Assembly: GCF_001194135.2 (NCBI RefSeq)
Contig: NC_068993.1
Coordinates: 1,924,039-1,987,761 of the forward strand
From: Octopus bimaculoides
Taxonomy: Eukaryota
Direction of reading: 5' to 3'
Length of the DNA: 63,723 bases
Shown here: positions 51,949-63,723 of the stretch, one piece after another
Position numbering within the stretch: the stretch's first letter is position 1
Layout of the letters: each line of letters opens with the position of its first letter
Program-made: the position numbers and the translations under genes
The notes under the pieces: generated by a model
Told to the model about the DNA's origin: nothing
Databases searched by the model: none
The model's input: the letters and a program-made list of their open reading frames with translations, nothing else

Positions 51949-54764
51949 TAAACGGAGAGGACCACATTTGACATTTTAAAAGAAACCTGAAGCAGGTGGT
52001 AGGGAATTTGACGCTAAGTGTTTAAAATTGAATGGATTCCTACAGAGTTGCTCAAGGTTCAGCGCGCGTTATTAAACCGGAGATGTGATTAAGAATATGG
52101 TCAGCCCGGAGCTATAGAAGAAAAACTTGTTTTACGTGTCACGCAGTGGGAAATAAGTCGAAAGCATGTATCTACGAAGAGAACTTCAAAATTCTACAGC
52201 GATGTCTGCATGTTTATGAATGAAATTGTTAATCTTCACTGTATCAGCTACACACGGCAATTGGTAATATTCCATCAAATAGGCAAAAATGTTTGAGAGG
52301 AAAGAATAGCCAATTATAACGATTTCGGTACATCACTTCGATTTTCTTCTTGTCAGAGAATACCTTATCCAATGTGTATTTTGTTTTTGATTAGAATAGT
52401 GTGTTGCAAGGGAGATTTGGTTGCTATTTCTACCAGATAGTGTCGAGGTAGGTGGTTGGCACTGTCTGATGACATTATCTCATGGAGACAATTACTGGTC
52501 CCACTATGAGAGAGAAGCACCATGATAGGCAGCTTAGCATTAATTCACAGCCCTGTATTCTTTCTTAACTGTACCTCCAAATATTCTTCTTTACAACTTT
52601 TTCAATTCTTGTCAATGATTTTGTGTTTTCTCTTTAAATATACTGGAATCACCTCGGATAAATTGGTATTGTGCCTCATTGAAAGAAATTCATTTTAAGA
52701 ATGGCTGAACACGCCAGAGAGTTAAATGTTGTAATTTCATTTCAAAAATAAAACAAAAAAGTCATCTATTCTATTTTAACGTGCATTTCCCTTCATTTCC
52801 TGATTTAATATCATTTAGATTGCATTATTTTAACAGAGTGTTATTAATAAAGAAATTAATTAATTATACATGAATAGTTAAATTTCATTAATTAATTTAT
52901 AGCAGCTCCCTTTCCTAGATCGTTAAATCTTTTGAAAATTTAATGAGAATTATATATTTAAATAAAAACACACATTTTGTAACAAAGTCACAATTGTGAT
53001 ATTTAGTGAAGCAGAGTACCGCCAGGCACACACACTCTGGAAATCATTGGTTTGGGAGATCTAAATTTGCTTTTTTTAAAAACTTTCTGGCAGAAGATAG
53101 ATAGTCATGCGTGTTATCGAATCCTGAGCTGGAATCCATTAGGTTAAAGAATTGTAAAAACGTTGATGTTGTGAGCAAGTTAGACTAGGAGGCTTTTTGT
53201 TGGCAATAGATGTCTATAACTTCAACTTTTACTTCAGTATTAACCCTAATCGCTTTTAATGGAAAAGCATGCATGTCACCAATTGCCATCTAGGTATCTA
53301 CAGGACTATACACTCACTGATTAATATATGTTAGTAAAGCAGCAAACTGTTGATTCTAAAATAAAATGACGATTGGTTTTAAGCTAGAACCAAGCTAATG
53401 ATGAACTGTGTCTGCTATTGGGTTTCCATTTCTTGTAGCAATTTGTTTGATCCTATACAGATAATGGCTTTAGTAGAATCCGTGAACTTATTCATTCCAG
53501 CATCAAGTGAAAAGGAAGTCAACATGGAAGTGACCGGAAATGATTGAACAAGACATCAACAGAAAAACAGGTGTTTATAGAACGAAATAAGCAGAAAGAG
53601 CACCTTAATCACGAATGTTCAAACAATTGAATTGACAATTTATCTCATTAAACAAAAGAAGAAATATAAAAGAAACCAATATAAAAGCGAACTTCTTATT
53701 TTCCAATATATATTCTAAGCTATACATACGTTCTGGACCAACGGTGGTGAACCACTTTTGCCCAGCGTGCGGACAATACGTTTTACTTCTTCATATGTAA
53801 TGTTTTTAGTTTTAGGTAAATGCTTATACATAAGCTATGTTATACATGGTGTTGTAGGTGTGTTTCTTAAAGACCATCATTTATTATGCAAATCTGTTTG
53901 ACTGTATTCGTCCGCAATCACTGATCAAAACAAATTTCGCTTGTGACCTCATTTTCGTTCTGAGATAGAACAGCTAATATTTGCTGCTGTGGACGTTTCA
54001 TATTGTCTTGTACTACGAGATGTATTAATTAATGCCTTCATCAAATTACAAAAAGTGATAGAATCTAATATTCTCAATACTATTCAGGAAATTCAAGGTG
54101 AACCAAATTTCAGAAGACAGAGATGATAGGAGGATTATGGCGAAAGGAGAATCTTAAAGTAAGTATAAATAGCCATAATGTGCGGCAGAATCTCGAAGCA
54201 GATAAAGCTACAAATAAGAACGTAAATTTATTGAGCTAAAATTCCCTTTGGATGAAAAGATGTCGAAGGCTTTTCATATTTTCATATTTGTTAAGGAGTC
54301 GTTTCGCTATACTTTTCTTCATCGGTACAACGGCAATGTTCATCACAGTTCTGATATATTCACATTTGAAAAAGAGCATTCCATTAAAATGCATTGTTTT
54401 CTCTTTTTAAAATGACTGGAATCAAGAGAAGGAGGTAAAATTGAAATTCCTCTAAATATTCGAAACACAGGATATTAGATTTATTGCCAAGCCTTGTCAT
54501 TCACATTATCAAACGAATTTGTTGAATATATCGTTTCACAATATATTTATTGATATTGATCTAGGGAAGAAAACAATTTCTGTTAAGACAATGAGAATGA
54601 AACTGATGTAATACTGGTATTTAATATCGGACACTGAAAGGCAATTATTTGAACGGGTTTATTTTGTACTCAAAACAAAATCAACCTATTTACACTTGAG
54701 TCGATATATTTTGCGAAATCAATATCAAGTTACATCAATATTTGCTTTTATGTTAAGTTAAAAT

Positions 54765-54965
54765 GGCACAGGCCAGCAAGTTGGGCGGGGGTGGAGTGAA
54801 AGCCGATTGTACCGACTCCAGTGTTCAACTGGTGCTTGTTTTATCGACCCCGTAGGGATGAAAGGCGAAGTAGACCTCGACAGAATTTGAACTCAGAACG
54901 TTAAAACGGACGAAATCCTGCTAAACATTTTGTCCGGTATGCTAACGATAAGGTCAGCACGCCAT
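54765..54965 (-). mobile_element. SINE family A copy
   Basis: Reverse complement of 51730-51948 throughout. Confidence 0.88.
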
Positions 54966-55244
54966 ATGTTCAGTTCTAATAAAAAAATTATTACCTTAAT
55001 TCGAAGGGTTACTCTATACGTCTGTAGAATACAAGTTTATAATTCTTAAACAAGAATATTTTTGGTAGGGACTTCGAAGTTTCGGCTAGCAACATATATG
55101 TTTATTGAGTGACTCAGTAACCCACATATGGGCCAGGGTTGACGCAGCGAGGTTTTATGTCACTGGAAGATAAGAGAAAGAAGTATTGAAATCGATATTT
55201 AACCAGCATGAGTTAATTGTATTGTTGTTCTATTGTCTTAGATC

Positions 55245-55360
55245 AGTTTTGACCAAATAGATCTGTGATCTAATCATTCCAGCTGCAGTCACTTTTTTTA
55301 CATATATATATTTTAGGAGCAGTGTTTCTCGGACTACATTAGCTAATGTGCCTTTCCACT
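55245..55360 (-). mobile_element. Repeat family F fragment
   Basis: TTTTGACCAAATAGATCTGTGATCTAATCATTCCAGCTG..CTACATTAGCTAATGTGCCTTTCC. Confidence 0.45.
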
Positions 55361-55774
55361 TTTATTATAGTGAACAATATGCTTTCTATTTCAAGCACAT
55401 AGCTGCTGACTTGTCTGCTCGCTAAGGTTTTCTGATTTGGCGCTGTACCATAGTAAAATGCCGCAAACTTTCCTGTCATAATTACACGATAGCATGAGAT
55501 GTGCTGTGAAAGGAAATGTTTTCGCTGTCAACATTAACAATTAGGGGCACTCAGCCCTGACATCGCTGTTCTTCGCCGTTGGGCAAAGGAGTGAATTGAT
55601 TAGACAGCGGAAGCTAAACCTCCATTGGGAATTGTTATTTCGCTTCATTGTTTACAGTATTTAGATTGTATCACTTCAATGAGAAGAAAATAAAATTAGG
55701 TTTTATGGATGCAGGAGATTAATCGTTAGGGTTGAATCGAAACTATATTGTATAAGGTATTCTTTTATCCGTCA

Positions 55775-56166
55775 ACTTTTACTAGTTCCAGTCTTTAGAC
55801 TGCAGCCATGCTGGAGCATCACCTTGAAGAATTTTAGTGAAGCGAATCGACCCAGGTACTTGTTTTTATTTAAGCCTGGAAATTATTTTATCAGTTTCTT
55901 TTTCGGAACTGCTAAGTTATGGGGGATGTAAACACACTAAAGCTGGTTGTCTAGCGGATGTTGAGGACAAACATAGACAGAAAGATGCAAACTCACAGAC
56001 GCACAAAAACACACAAACACACAAAGATACACATAGACACACACAGGCTTCCTTCAGTTTCTGTCTATCAAATCCACTCATAAGGTTTTGGTCGAGGTAA
56101 CACAATTGGCCAAGGTGCCACACAGTGGGGCTGAATGCAGAACAATGGGAATGGAAAGCAAACTTA
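55775..56166 (-). mobile_element. Bipartite SINE family B with internal CA-rich spacer
   Basis: Distal half at 55775-55990, spacer, proximal half at 56047-56166, in the same relative order as 14898-15435 and 35556-35848. Confidence 0.85.
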
Positions 56167-56169
56167 ACA

Positions 56170-56411
56170 GAAATACCTTAGGAATGAGAACCCAGGTTCG
56201 AAATTTCCCCAAGACACCCGATGAAGGCTGGAGGGCATATCAGCCGAAACGTTGTGTTAACAACAAGCAAGATGAGGACATATATCGGTCAATTGTAAAT
56301 AATGTAAATAATGTACATAATTCCTCATATCATATTGTTCACTATAATAAAAGTGGAAAGGCACATTAGCTAATGTAGATCGAGAAACACTGCTCTTAAA
56401 AAAATATAGAA
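56170..56411 (+). mobile_element. HH family 1 element with an insertion in its tail
   Basis: Matches 33254-33400 (inverted). Tail AATTCCTCAT|CTCTTAAA..TATAGAAC is split by a foreign segment. Confidence 0.88.
56213..56258 (+). ncRNA. Minimal hammerhead motif, U4C core mutation
   Basis: GACAC-CCGAUGA-A-GGCUG(GAGGGCAUAU)CAGCC-GAAA-CGU-U-GUGUU. Perfect stems I and II. Confidence 0.62.
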
Positions 56412-57414
56412 CAAAGCTATCTTAAAGATAGCATGTTCGCACTAATATATCTATCTATCTGTGTGTGTGTGTGTGCAAAAACCTTTTACTATCAGTATCG
56501 TTACTGTTATAAAACAAAATTATGTTTTTGCTAAATTATTCAGTTTAGACTTGAAGATTTCTACACCGTTTGCATTTTAATTTCTACTCTGGTTTGCATT
56601 CAAGAAAAGAAAACGTAATATTTGCAATCAAATTTCGTTTCTTATTTCAATTTGAATTTCCAGTTTTATTTCTTTGCACTTTGAATGAATTGCGGTGAAA
56701 AACGAAGCACACCATATTAATTTGCCACATAACTTTCCAACTTAATTACATTATACGTCCTAAGAGTTTTCATTCCCTTACTACTTTTTATGCAGCAAAT
56801 GAAAAATTTATTATTTTTGTTCATGAATTATGAATAGAAAGATGAAAGTAAAGACGAACCGCGTTTATAAAGGAGCTAATATTCCGATCTTATGTTAAAT
56901 TTTACTTTACGCAAAACGCTAGTTTTAATACATTTATTTGGTGCGACATTCAAATTAATTTTAGTATTGACATTTAATTTTTTGTGGTATTGTGAAATTG
57001 ATTTCTATATTTCGCATCTGATGCCATCCGTCTGAGATCTCACCTTTCCAAGCTATGATTTTTTTAATTAAAGTAAATGAATACTAACAATAAATGTTAA
57101 GCTATATTTATTGTTAAAGTGTTATAACTTATATGGCATGTTACAACGAACTAAAGTGCACTACAATAGTTGCGTATTTCATGGGCAAAATGTGAAACTG
57201 TATGACAGGCTGCACATATAATATCTGCGGTAAGATGCAATTCAATGTAACTGTATGTATCTTATAATCTGATGCATAAGTTTATAACACACACATACAT
57301 ATGCACGCACGTGCGCACACACATCTATATATAAAAGTGACAACACCAAATGTTGACATTTGGCTATTTTGGATGCATTTAATACATGTGTTTCGAACAA
57401 TTGCATAAGAGGGT

Positions 57415-57466
57415 TATTTGTCTGAAGAAGTCTTTGTTACATAGTAACTCGAAACACGTAGAAATA
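57415..57466 (+). ncRNA. Candidate minimal hammerhead (HH family 4)
   Basis: UAUUUGU-CUGAAGA-A-G(UCUUU)GUUAC(AUA)GUAAC(U)C-GAAA-CACGU-A-GAAAUA. Both boxes intact, GUA triplet. Stem III ACACGU is one change from the palindrome ACGCGU. Stems I and II are bulged. Confidence 0.5.
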
Positions 57467-57644
57467 TCATAATATCAGTATTTACTTTCGTATTTATTAC
57501 ATATGGCTGTATAATGGAGGGCATTCTTAGAGGGCCACCACAAATAGTAGAGGCCTCAGCACAGTTCTCTGTGGGACTCCGCTGAGAATTGATGTCTCTT
57601 CAGACTGAGCACCATTGGCTACAACTGTCTGACTTCTGCCGATG

Positions 57645-57800
57645 TTGCTGTGTTTATGTCCCCGCAACTTAGCGGTTCGGCAAAAGATACCAATAGAATA
57701 AGTACTAGGCTTACAAAGAATGAATCCTGGGGTCGATTTATTCGACTAATGGCAAAGCTCCATCATGCCCGCAATTACATGACTGAAACAAATAAAACAA
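57645..57800 (+). mobile_element. SINE family B distal half; small fragment also at 60808-60845
   Basis: GTTTATGTCCCCGCAACTTAGCGGTTCGGCAAAAG..AATAAGTACTAGGCTTACAAAGAA..CTGGGGTCGAT..GAAACAAATAAAAC. Confidence 0.88.
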
Positions 57801-58452
57801 TAAAAAATCTATGTCATCTTAATCCCGAGCAACGCCGGGTATATCTGCAAGTATGCAATAAATATGATATATAAATTGCATACAGATGTTTCAATTCCTC
57901 GCAATAATAACATTATAAAAATACGTTGTTTGTTGACCAAGAATCACCTCAGCGTAATTTCTTATACATACGAAATTATACCGATGAGATTCTTAGCCAA
58001 AAACAATGAATTTTTATAATTCTATTATGGCCAACAATTGAATATATGTACTCTATATTTCATATTTGTCACTTATTATGTTGTATTATATTGTATTATT
58101 ATAAAAATATAATATAATAAACTATTATGCTAATAACTTTTAAATTTTAATTTTTGAATTGCCAATTGTTATACATCTCCATTTTCTATTATGTATATAT
58201 ATGTNNNNNNNNNNNNNNNNNNNNNNNNNNNNNNNNNNNNNNNNNNNNNNNNNNNNNNNNNNNNNNNNNNNNNNNNNNNNNNNNNNNNNNNNNNNNNNNN
58301 NNNNNNNNNNNNNNNNNNNNNNNNNNNNNNNNNNNNNNNNNNNNNNNNNNNNNNNNNNNNNNNNNNNNNNNNNNNNNNNNNNNNNNNNNNNNNNNNNNNN
58401 NNNNNNNNNNNNNNNNNNNNNNNNNNNNNNNNNNNNNNNNNNNNNNNNNNNN

Positions 58453-58484
<32 letters not shown>

Positions 58485-58485
<1 letters not shown>

Positions 58486-58640
58486 TTGAAATTTACAGAA
58501 AAACAAATGACGAAGACAGGTGTATAAAAAACAAGCAGGTGTATTAGTTTGACGCTCAGGAAGGCAAGAAAGTCTTTTACATTTCGAGCCTACGCTCTCT
58601 AATAGAAAAGAACACGAGGAAATAAACAGAGAGATTAAAA
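58485..58640 (-). mobile_element. HH family 2 copy
   Basis: Homologous to 505-632. Degenerate hammerhead at 58574-58609 (CUUUU-CUAUUAGA-GAGC(GUAG)GCUC-GAAA-UGU-A-AAAG). Confidence 0.65.
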
Positions 58641-58671
58641 AAACTTTGGGAGATAGCGGTCAATCATGGCG

Positions 58672-58915
58672 CTTATATATATATATTATATTATATTATA
58701 TTATATTATATTATATTATATTCATATTGTATTATATTATATTCATATTATATTATATTATATTATATTATATATTATATTATATTCATAGTATATTATA
58801 TTATATTATATTATATTATATCATATTATATTATATTCATATTATATTATATTATATTATATTATATTATATTATATTCATATTATATTATATTCATAGT
58901 ATATTATGTTATATA
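58672..58915. repeat. (ATATT)n pentanucleotide array with ATTCAT variants
   Basis: Direct reading; explains the YYIIL ORF. Confidence 0.95.
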
Positions 58916-59019
58916 ATGTGATGCATGTATACGTATGCACATTTTGTATTTCGTACCCAAGCCGTTATATTTAAAACATTTAATTTATTTATCCGCATAA
59001 TTGTCCCCCTCCCTTCCCC

Positions 59020-59020
<1 letters not shown>

Positions 59021-59100
<80 letters not shown>
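59021..59100. repeat. (TCTA)n microsatellite; (GA)n at 59770-59864
   Basis: Direct reading. Confidence 0.97.
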
Positions 59101-59101
<1 letters not shown>

Positions 59102-59766
59102 AGTATAGTCCTATTCCTTATTGATTTCGATAGGTTTGCAAATGTTGAAATGTAGTCCTCTCTCATATTCTAATTTATGTAGACTCATTAAGCCTTCGTA
59201 TCTCTAATTACACAAATACTTATAAAGTGATTCAGCTTACTGAAATGCAACACAAGCTGGGAGCAAAGATCATAGAAAATTAACACCTGAAATTACCGTG
59301 TACATTCCAAAGTTTGAACCAGGAATATATTAGTCGCATGCTTGTCATCAATACAACGTTTTACTATGGGCAGATAATATGTGTCTGTACACAAGAATTA
59401 TCATTTAATATGTAAGAATTATCCTTTAATTTTATCGGTTTTAACGAGAAGTTCCAATAACGAAGTAATTGAAATTTGGGGTTCTCAATCAAAGACTTGT
59501 ATCCGTGTATTTTCTTTAGATGTGTTGCTGTGAAATTGGTAATGAAAATTATTGTTCCAGTTTACTGGAAAGAGAGGAGTTCAAGGAATGGAAGATCTCT
59601 TTGTTGTGATTTCATTCCATCTATGTCATTGCAGAATCATTGTCAAAGAGATCAGTCATAGTGCCGACTAATTTACCCTTCATTATATCACACGCTATTA
59701 CAAGTAGATATGATCGTTAAGTCGAACAGAAATGAAAACGAATGAGAAGGAAAGAGAGAAAGAATG

Positions 59767-59864
<98 letters not shown>

Positions 59865-59975
59865 CGCGAGGTAAACAGCGTCGAGAAAGAAGAAGCTAAA
59901 GATCATAATGGCTCTGATGATTATGATGACAATGGTGATTTGCTAATAAAGTAGGGACATTAATCGATTGGTAAG

Positions 59976-60478
59976 ATCGATCTGAAGCCACCTTTCTGTC
60001 AGTTAAAGAACTGGTACAAGTTTTTATTCGTTAAGGCAAAGAACTCCTTCACTGAAGCTTCTACCTTCTCTTCGTTGAGGAAATGAGCAAGGAATCGGAA
60101 TCAGAAGGGGATAGGTCCGGACTCTATGCCGGGTGTGGTATCAGTTCGTCTCCCTCATGGTTCTAGAGTTTATCTCGAGTCGTTCAAGCAGTACGAGGTC
60201 TTGCGCAGTGCTGCTGCAGAAGGGCTGCTCTCTTTTAACCAGTGCTGTTTTCTCTTCTTGCTGCACAATGGCGTATGCCTGCTCCAGCTGTTCAGAGTAC
60301 AGACTGCCATCGATGATTCGACCATCCAGACAGAGGCTGTTTTGTGAATTATTCCATAATAATTACCCCAGACGCAGAGCCCCACCTTAAGCTTGAAACA
60401 CCCATGTTTAGCGACAGGTTCTGGAAGCTTTCCCTTGCTTAAATTACTGCTCATGCGCGTTAGGATTGCAGAAAAATA
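59976..60478 (-). pseudogene. Decayed mariner (Tc1/mariner) transposase, catalytic DDD domain
   Basis: Frameshifted translation: IFFCNPNAHEQ*FKQG..EPVAK..KVGLCVWGNYYGIIH..LYSEQLEQAY..LLQQHCARPRTA*TTRDKL*NHEGDELIPHPA*SPDLSPSD..AHFL..VKEFFA..LTERWLQ. Matches mariner motifs (KVMLCVWW, HDNARPH, HPPYSPDLAPSD, L.ERW). Confidence 0.88.
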
Positions 60479-60481
60479 TCT

Positions 60482-60729
60482 TCCTCGGATTATTACTTGT
60501 TCCGATCCATGACTCACTTCATCAATCAAGAGGAGGTGGAAGTTTCAGGGAAGACGTTCTTTGCCGCAAAGGCCAACGACTAGCATTAGTGTGGAATCCC
60601 CAAACTGGCAGAGAGGTGGCTTCAGACGGTGCAACACGATGGTCTCGGCTTTGAATGCCTGGTTGCTTTTAGTTTAACGACGAAAAAAGCAAGTTACCAG
60701 AATATTGCAAAGCGTTTGACCCAACACAG

Positions 60730-60731
<2 letters not shown>
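60482..60731 (+). mobile_element. Mariner C-terminal fragment with probable right TIR ending at TA
   Basis: SDYYLFRSMTHFINQEEVEVSGKTFFAAK..GIPKLAERWLQTVQHDGLGFEC, then TIR-like AATATTGCAAAGCGTTTGACCCAACACAG|TA followed by (TA)n. Confidence 0.85.
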
Positions 60732-60782
<51 letters not shown>

Positions 60783-62252
60783 ATACATACATATATATAT
60801 ATATATAAGTACTAGGCTTACAAAGAATAAGTTCTGTTGTGGATTAAGTCTACGAAAAGATATTAGCAGCGCAGCCTGAAGGTAGGAGAAATTTTGATTT
60901 TGGGGCAGAATGGGGTGCGTTACTCGTATTTTATTGTTATTTTTAACTAGTCAGGTATCTCTACTGGTTTCGAGGCAATTTTGCTTACTTTTGGTTGCGT
61001 TGGTTTTGTCGAAAAATTCTTAGGAGTCGTATCCCGCAACGCAAGAATTTTTCTATTGAAACTTTTTTTACTGAAGACTTTCGTCACTGGATTTTTGTTC
61101 CTGTTTATGGACATTTAAGTGCTGCTAGCTGTTAATTATACGGCGAACACCAGTTTTTGTGGATAAAATTATTTGGATATCGTGGATTACTGTTTTCACA
61201 CAAAGAAACTAATTTTAATTTAAGAAATTTACATTTTTGTCTAACAGATGCTAAAACGTCCCTAGTTTAAGATTATCTCAGTAGAACCCAGCATACCTTG
61301 AAGACCTACAGAAATTCGATTCTCTTTCTTAATTCTTGGAATACGTCGCTTCTAACTATATATTGCTGTTTGTATTAAAAAATGTTATGTATTCCAATAT
61401 GGTAGATTTACGAAGTTTAGTCTTTAAGCTAACTGGTGTCAAGTTAATGTAGAAATGAATTATGAAAAATTTTATAAGAATAATAAAATGAAGTAAAAAT
61501 GAACAAAATAGAAAAGTATAGCACGAGCTACGTCAATAATGATAAAGTATGGTGTATCTGCTGAGGTGTGTGTGTTTGTAGGGGGGGGGGGCTATTAAAA
61601 GAAGCTAGTTTTCTATTATGAAAATAAATGGGCAAGGCGAAATAACTTGACATACGATCTATAAGCTTCTCGTTCAACATAAATGATGATGTGTTTTGTA
61701 ACATGGAAGAATATGATAAAACAACTTGCTCGAATATAACCTTATTTTTTAATCTAGATTTTGTCTCTGTCTTATTTATTTATTTACTTATTTAGATCCA
61801 AACGATTTTTCTCAAAGATAAGTATAAAATAAATATAGTTGGCATGTCATTCTCATGCATGATCCATCGTTTATTCCAATGTCAGCTCCACAAATTTAAC
61901 TCACAAGAGTTTAGACACCTGATAGCATGCGCTGTATAATATCTGCTTTTCCTTTCGTAATTCACTGTAGCACTATGGGTGTATATAGGCCATTGATTGC
62001 TTTAACACACTGAGTTAATAATCTTTAGAAAAATAAAAATACTTGGATACACAATCGATAAACATTCTTTTAAAACTAAACTACACTAAAGTTGAGAGTT
62101 GTTTCTGAAATTACAATCAAAAGATAATTTAATTAGATTCGATTCATATACACTTACGATTAAATGTCTGGTCAAAAAAGGGTAACTAAAACTATTTATT
62201 TTCATTTCTGTGCTGCTTCCTGGCAAACTAATTCATCTTTTGACTCTTTTAG

Positions 62253-62349
62253 TAGCATCTATGATTTTCGATGAGGAGAAGTTACCAGCACTTGCTCAAC
62301 TCTTTGCCAGAAATGGCGAAGAGTTGTTGCGAGTGGTCGAATATTCCGA
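62253..62349 (+). CDS. Candidate coding exon (ATG at 62261): MIFDEEKLPALAQLFARNGEELLRVVEYS
   Basis: Acceptor TCATCTTTTGACTCTTTTAG| and donor TCCGA|GTAAGA, inside a GC-richer island. Amphipathic helix pattern recalls the N-terminus of STK11IP/LIP1-type LRR proteins (from memory, unverified). Confidence 0.38.
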
Positions 62350-63266
62350 GTAAGACAGGGAGACAGCTACTCAGAGAAGGAGAAAGAAGAATCCACCGCA
62401 CGCCTGTATTTATCGATACCCGGTGGGATTGCAAATCAGAGGGTTGTTACAAATACCACAAGGCATTCTATCTGAAGCTCAAGTTCTCTTCGCACTCGTC
62501 ATCTTCAAAGAAAATTCCTAAGGTATTTAATAAGACACACGCATACACAGAGCAATACACACACACATGTGCGCACGCGCAGAAATACATGTTGATGTAA
62601 CTTGACTTCAACTACATTTGACAGTAACTGTAGAAAAATATGATAAATAATTCAGTGAATTGATAATAACACCTGGAATCATATGAACTCGTTGAAGACT
62701 AAGGTAGGCCAACCATCTGCTTTAAACATCATTTCAAAATGAGCGTAAGAAGAGTTAAAATATAATAGAAAATTAACTTTTGAAATGTAACAAGTTTGAA
62801 ATGTAAAAATTGCTCAAAGAAACACAAACAAAAAGCAAACATAATGCCAAAATAACAAAAGGAAGTTCCATTTTAAATAGAATCAACAATAATTCCGTTT
62901 CTAACTGAAGAGTAGCAATTCTCTTTAACACAATGGAAAATGTTAGAAGAATATTATTTTTCTATTTGAATTTAGCTTTTGTTAAAATTTAGCTTATGAC
63001 CAATGGCACAAATGATATCTAGAGCTTTTGTGCTTGGCTTTGTTTTATGTCTTTTTTCGACAATAATGAAACTTGCAGTAAACACATTATCACGTAGTCT
63101 CTCTCTCACTCACTCACACTCTCTCTGTTCCCCTCTCTATTTCCTATCATTATGTCAGTCTTTAAGACTTCTAAGTGGTGTAGGATCTGATGATGTATTA
63201 CGTTGTATTGTTTTCTGTTTATAAATACATTTTGCTGCTTTATAAGCATTGAATTGTACTTGCTAA

Positions 63267-63303
<37 letters not shown>

Positions 63304-63362
63304 TATACGTAAAGAAACACATGCACACGCATATATTATATATACATACACACGAATTTGCA

Positions 63363-63437
63363 TATTAATGCATGTATATATATGCATATTCATGTGTATA
63401 TGCATATTCATGTGTATATGCATATTCATGTGTATAT
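63363..63437. repeat. 18-bp minisatellite (CATATTCATGTGTATATG), ~3-4 copies
   Basis: Direct reading; gives the MHIHMN/AYSCVY repeats in the ORF track. Confidence 0.85.
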
Positions 63438-63655
63438 AATATATGCGTGTATGTTTCTCTACGTATACAAACACACACACACACATTTATATATATATAT
63501 AGATATCAACCACTATCTATCTATATTTGCAAATATATTGTTTATATCAATGTACACACACACACACATACTTATGTATATATGTCTGTGAGTATGCGTT
63601 TAGTAAATATTTAAACGTAGACACATATTTGCGCGCACTGAAAAACTTATCCACA

Positions 63656-63723
<68 letters not shown>

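Larger units (their letters stand above)
55317..56395. repeat. 65-bp inverted repeat pair (55317-55381 / 56331-56395), 63/65 identical
   Basis: Direct comparison; the only difference is GA vs AT at 2 adjacent positions. Confidence 0.95.

Noticed and set aside
53461-53547. Plus-strand terminal-exon-like frame (IMALVESVNLFIPASSEKEVNMEVTGND*)
   Set aside because: Modest acceptor, two frames equally plausible, no linked exon or homology.

Overview
Eukaryotic, very AT-rich, microsatellite-saturated genomic DNA from a gapped draft assembly (9 N-runs, most abutting a simple repeat). The repeat types and style point to a coleoid cephalopod, most likely Octopus; this is an inference. No complete protein-coding gene is visible, and nearly all ORFs in the supplied track are microsatellite or N artefacts. 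Supportable content: several tRNA-derived SINE families (~30 copies or fragments), a LINE-like 3' tail, and two back-to-back decayed mariner transposase fragments. A few splice-bounded candidate exons and a CpG-rich promoter-like patch are also present. The most interesting content is eight minimal type-I hammerhead-ribozyme motifs of the Penelope-like-element (PLE) kind, belonging to four short repeat families. One sits in an element with a tRNA-like Pol III head, suggesting a SINE/retrozyme hybrid. Others show 12-bp target-site duplications, inverted 3' ends, or a captured 65-bp inverted templated insertion. All alignments and folds were done by eye; coordinates of degraded repeat ends are approximate.
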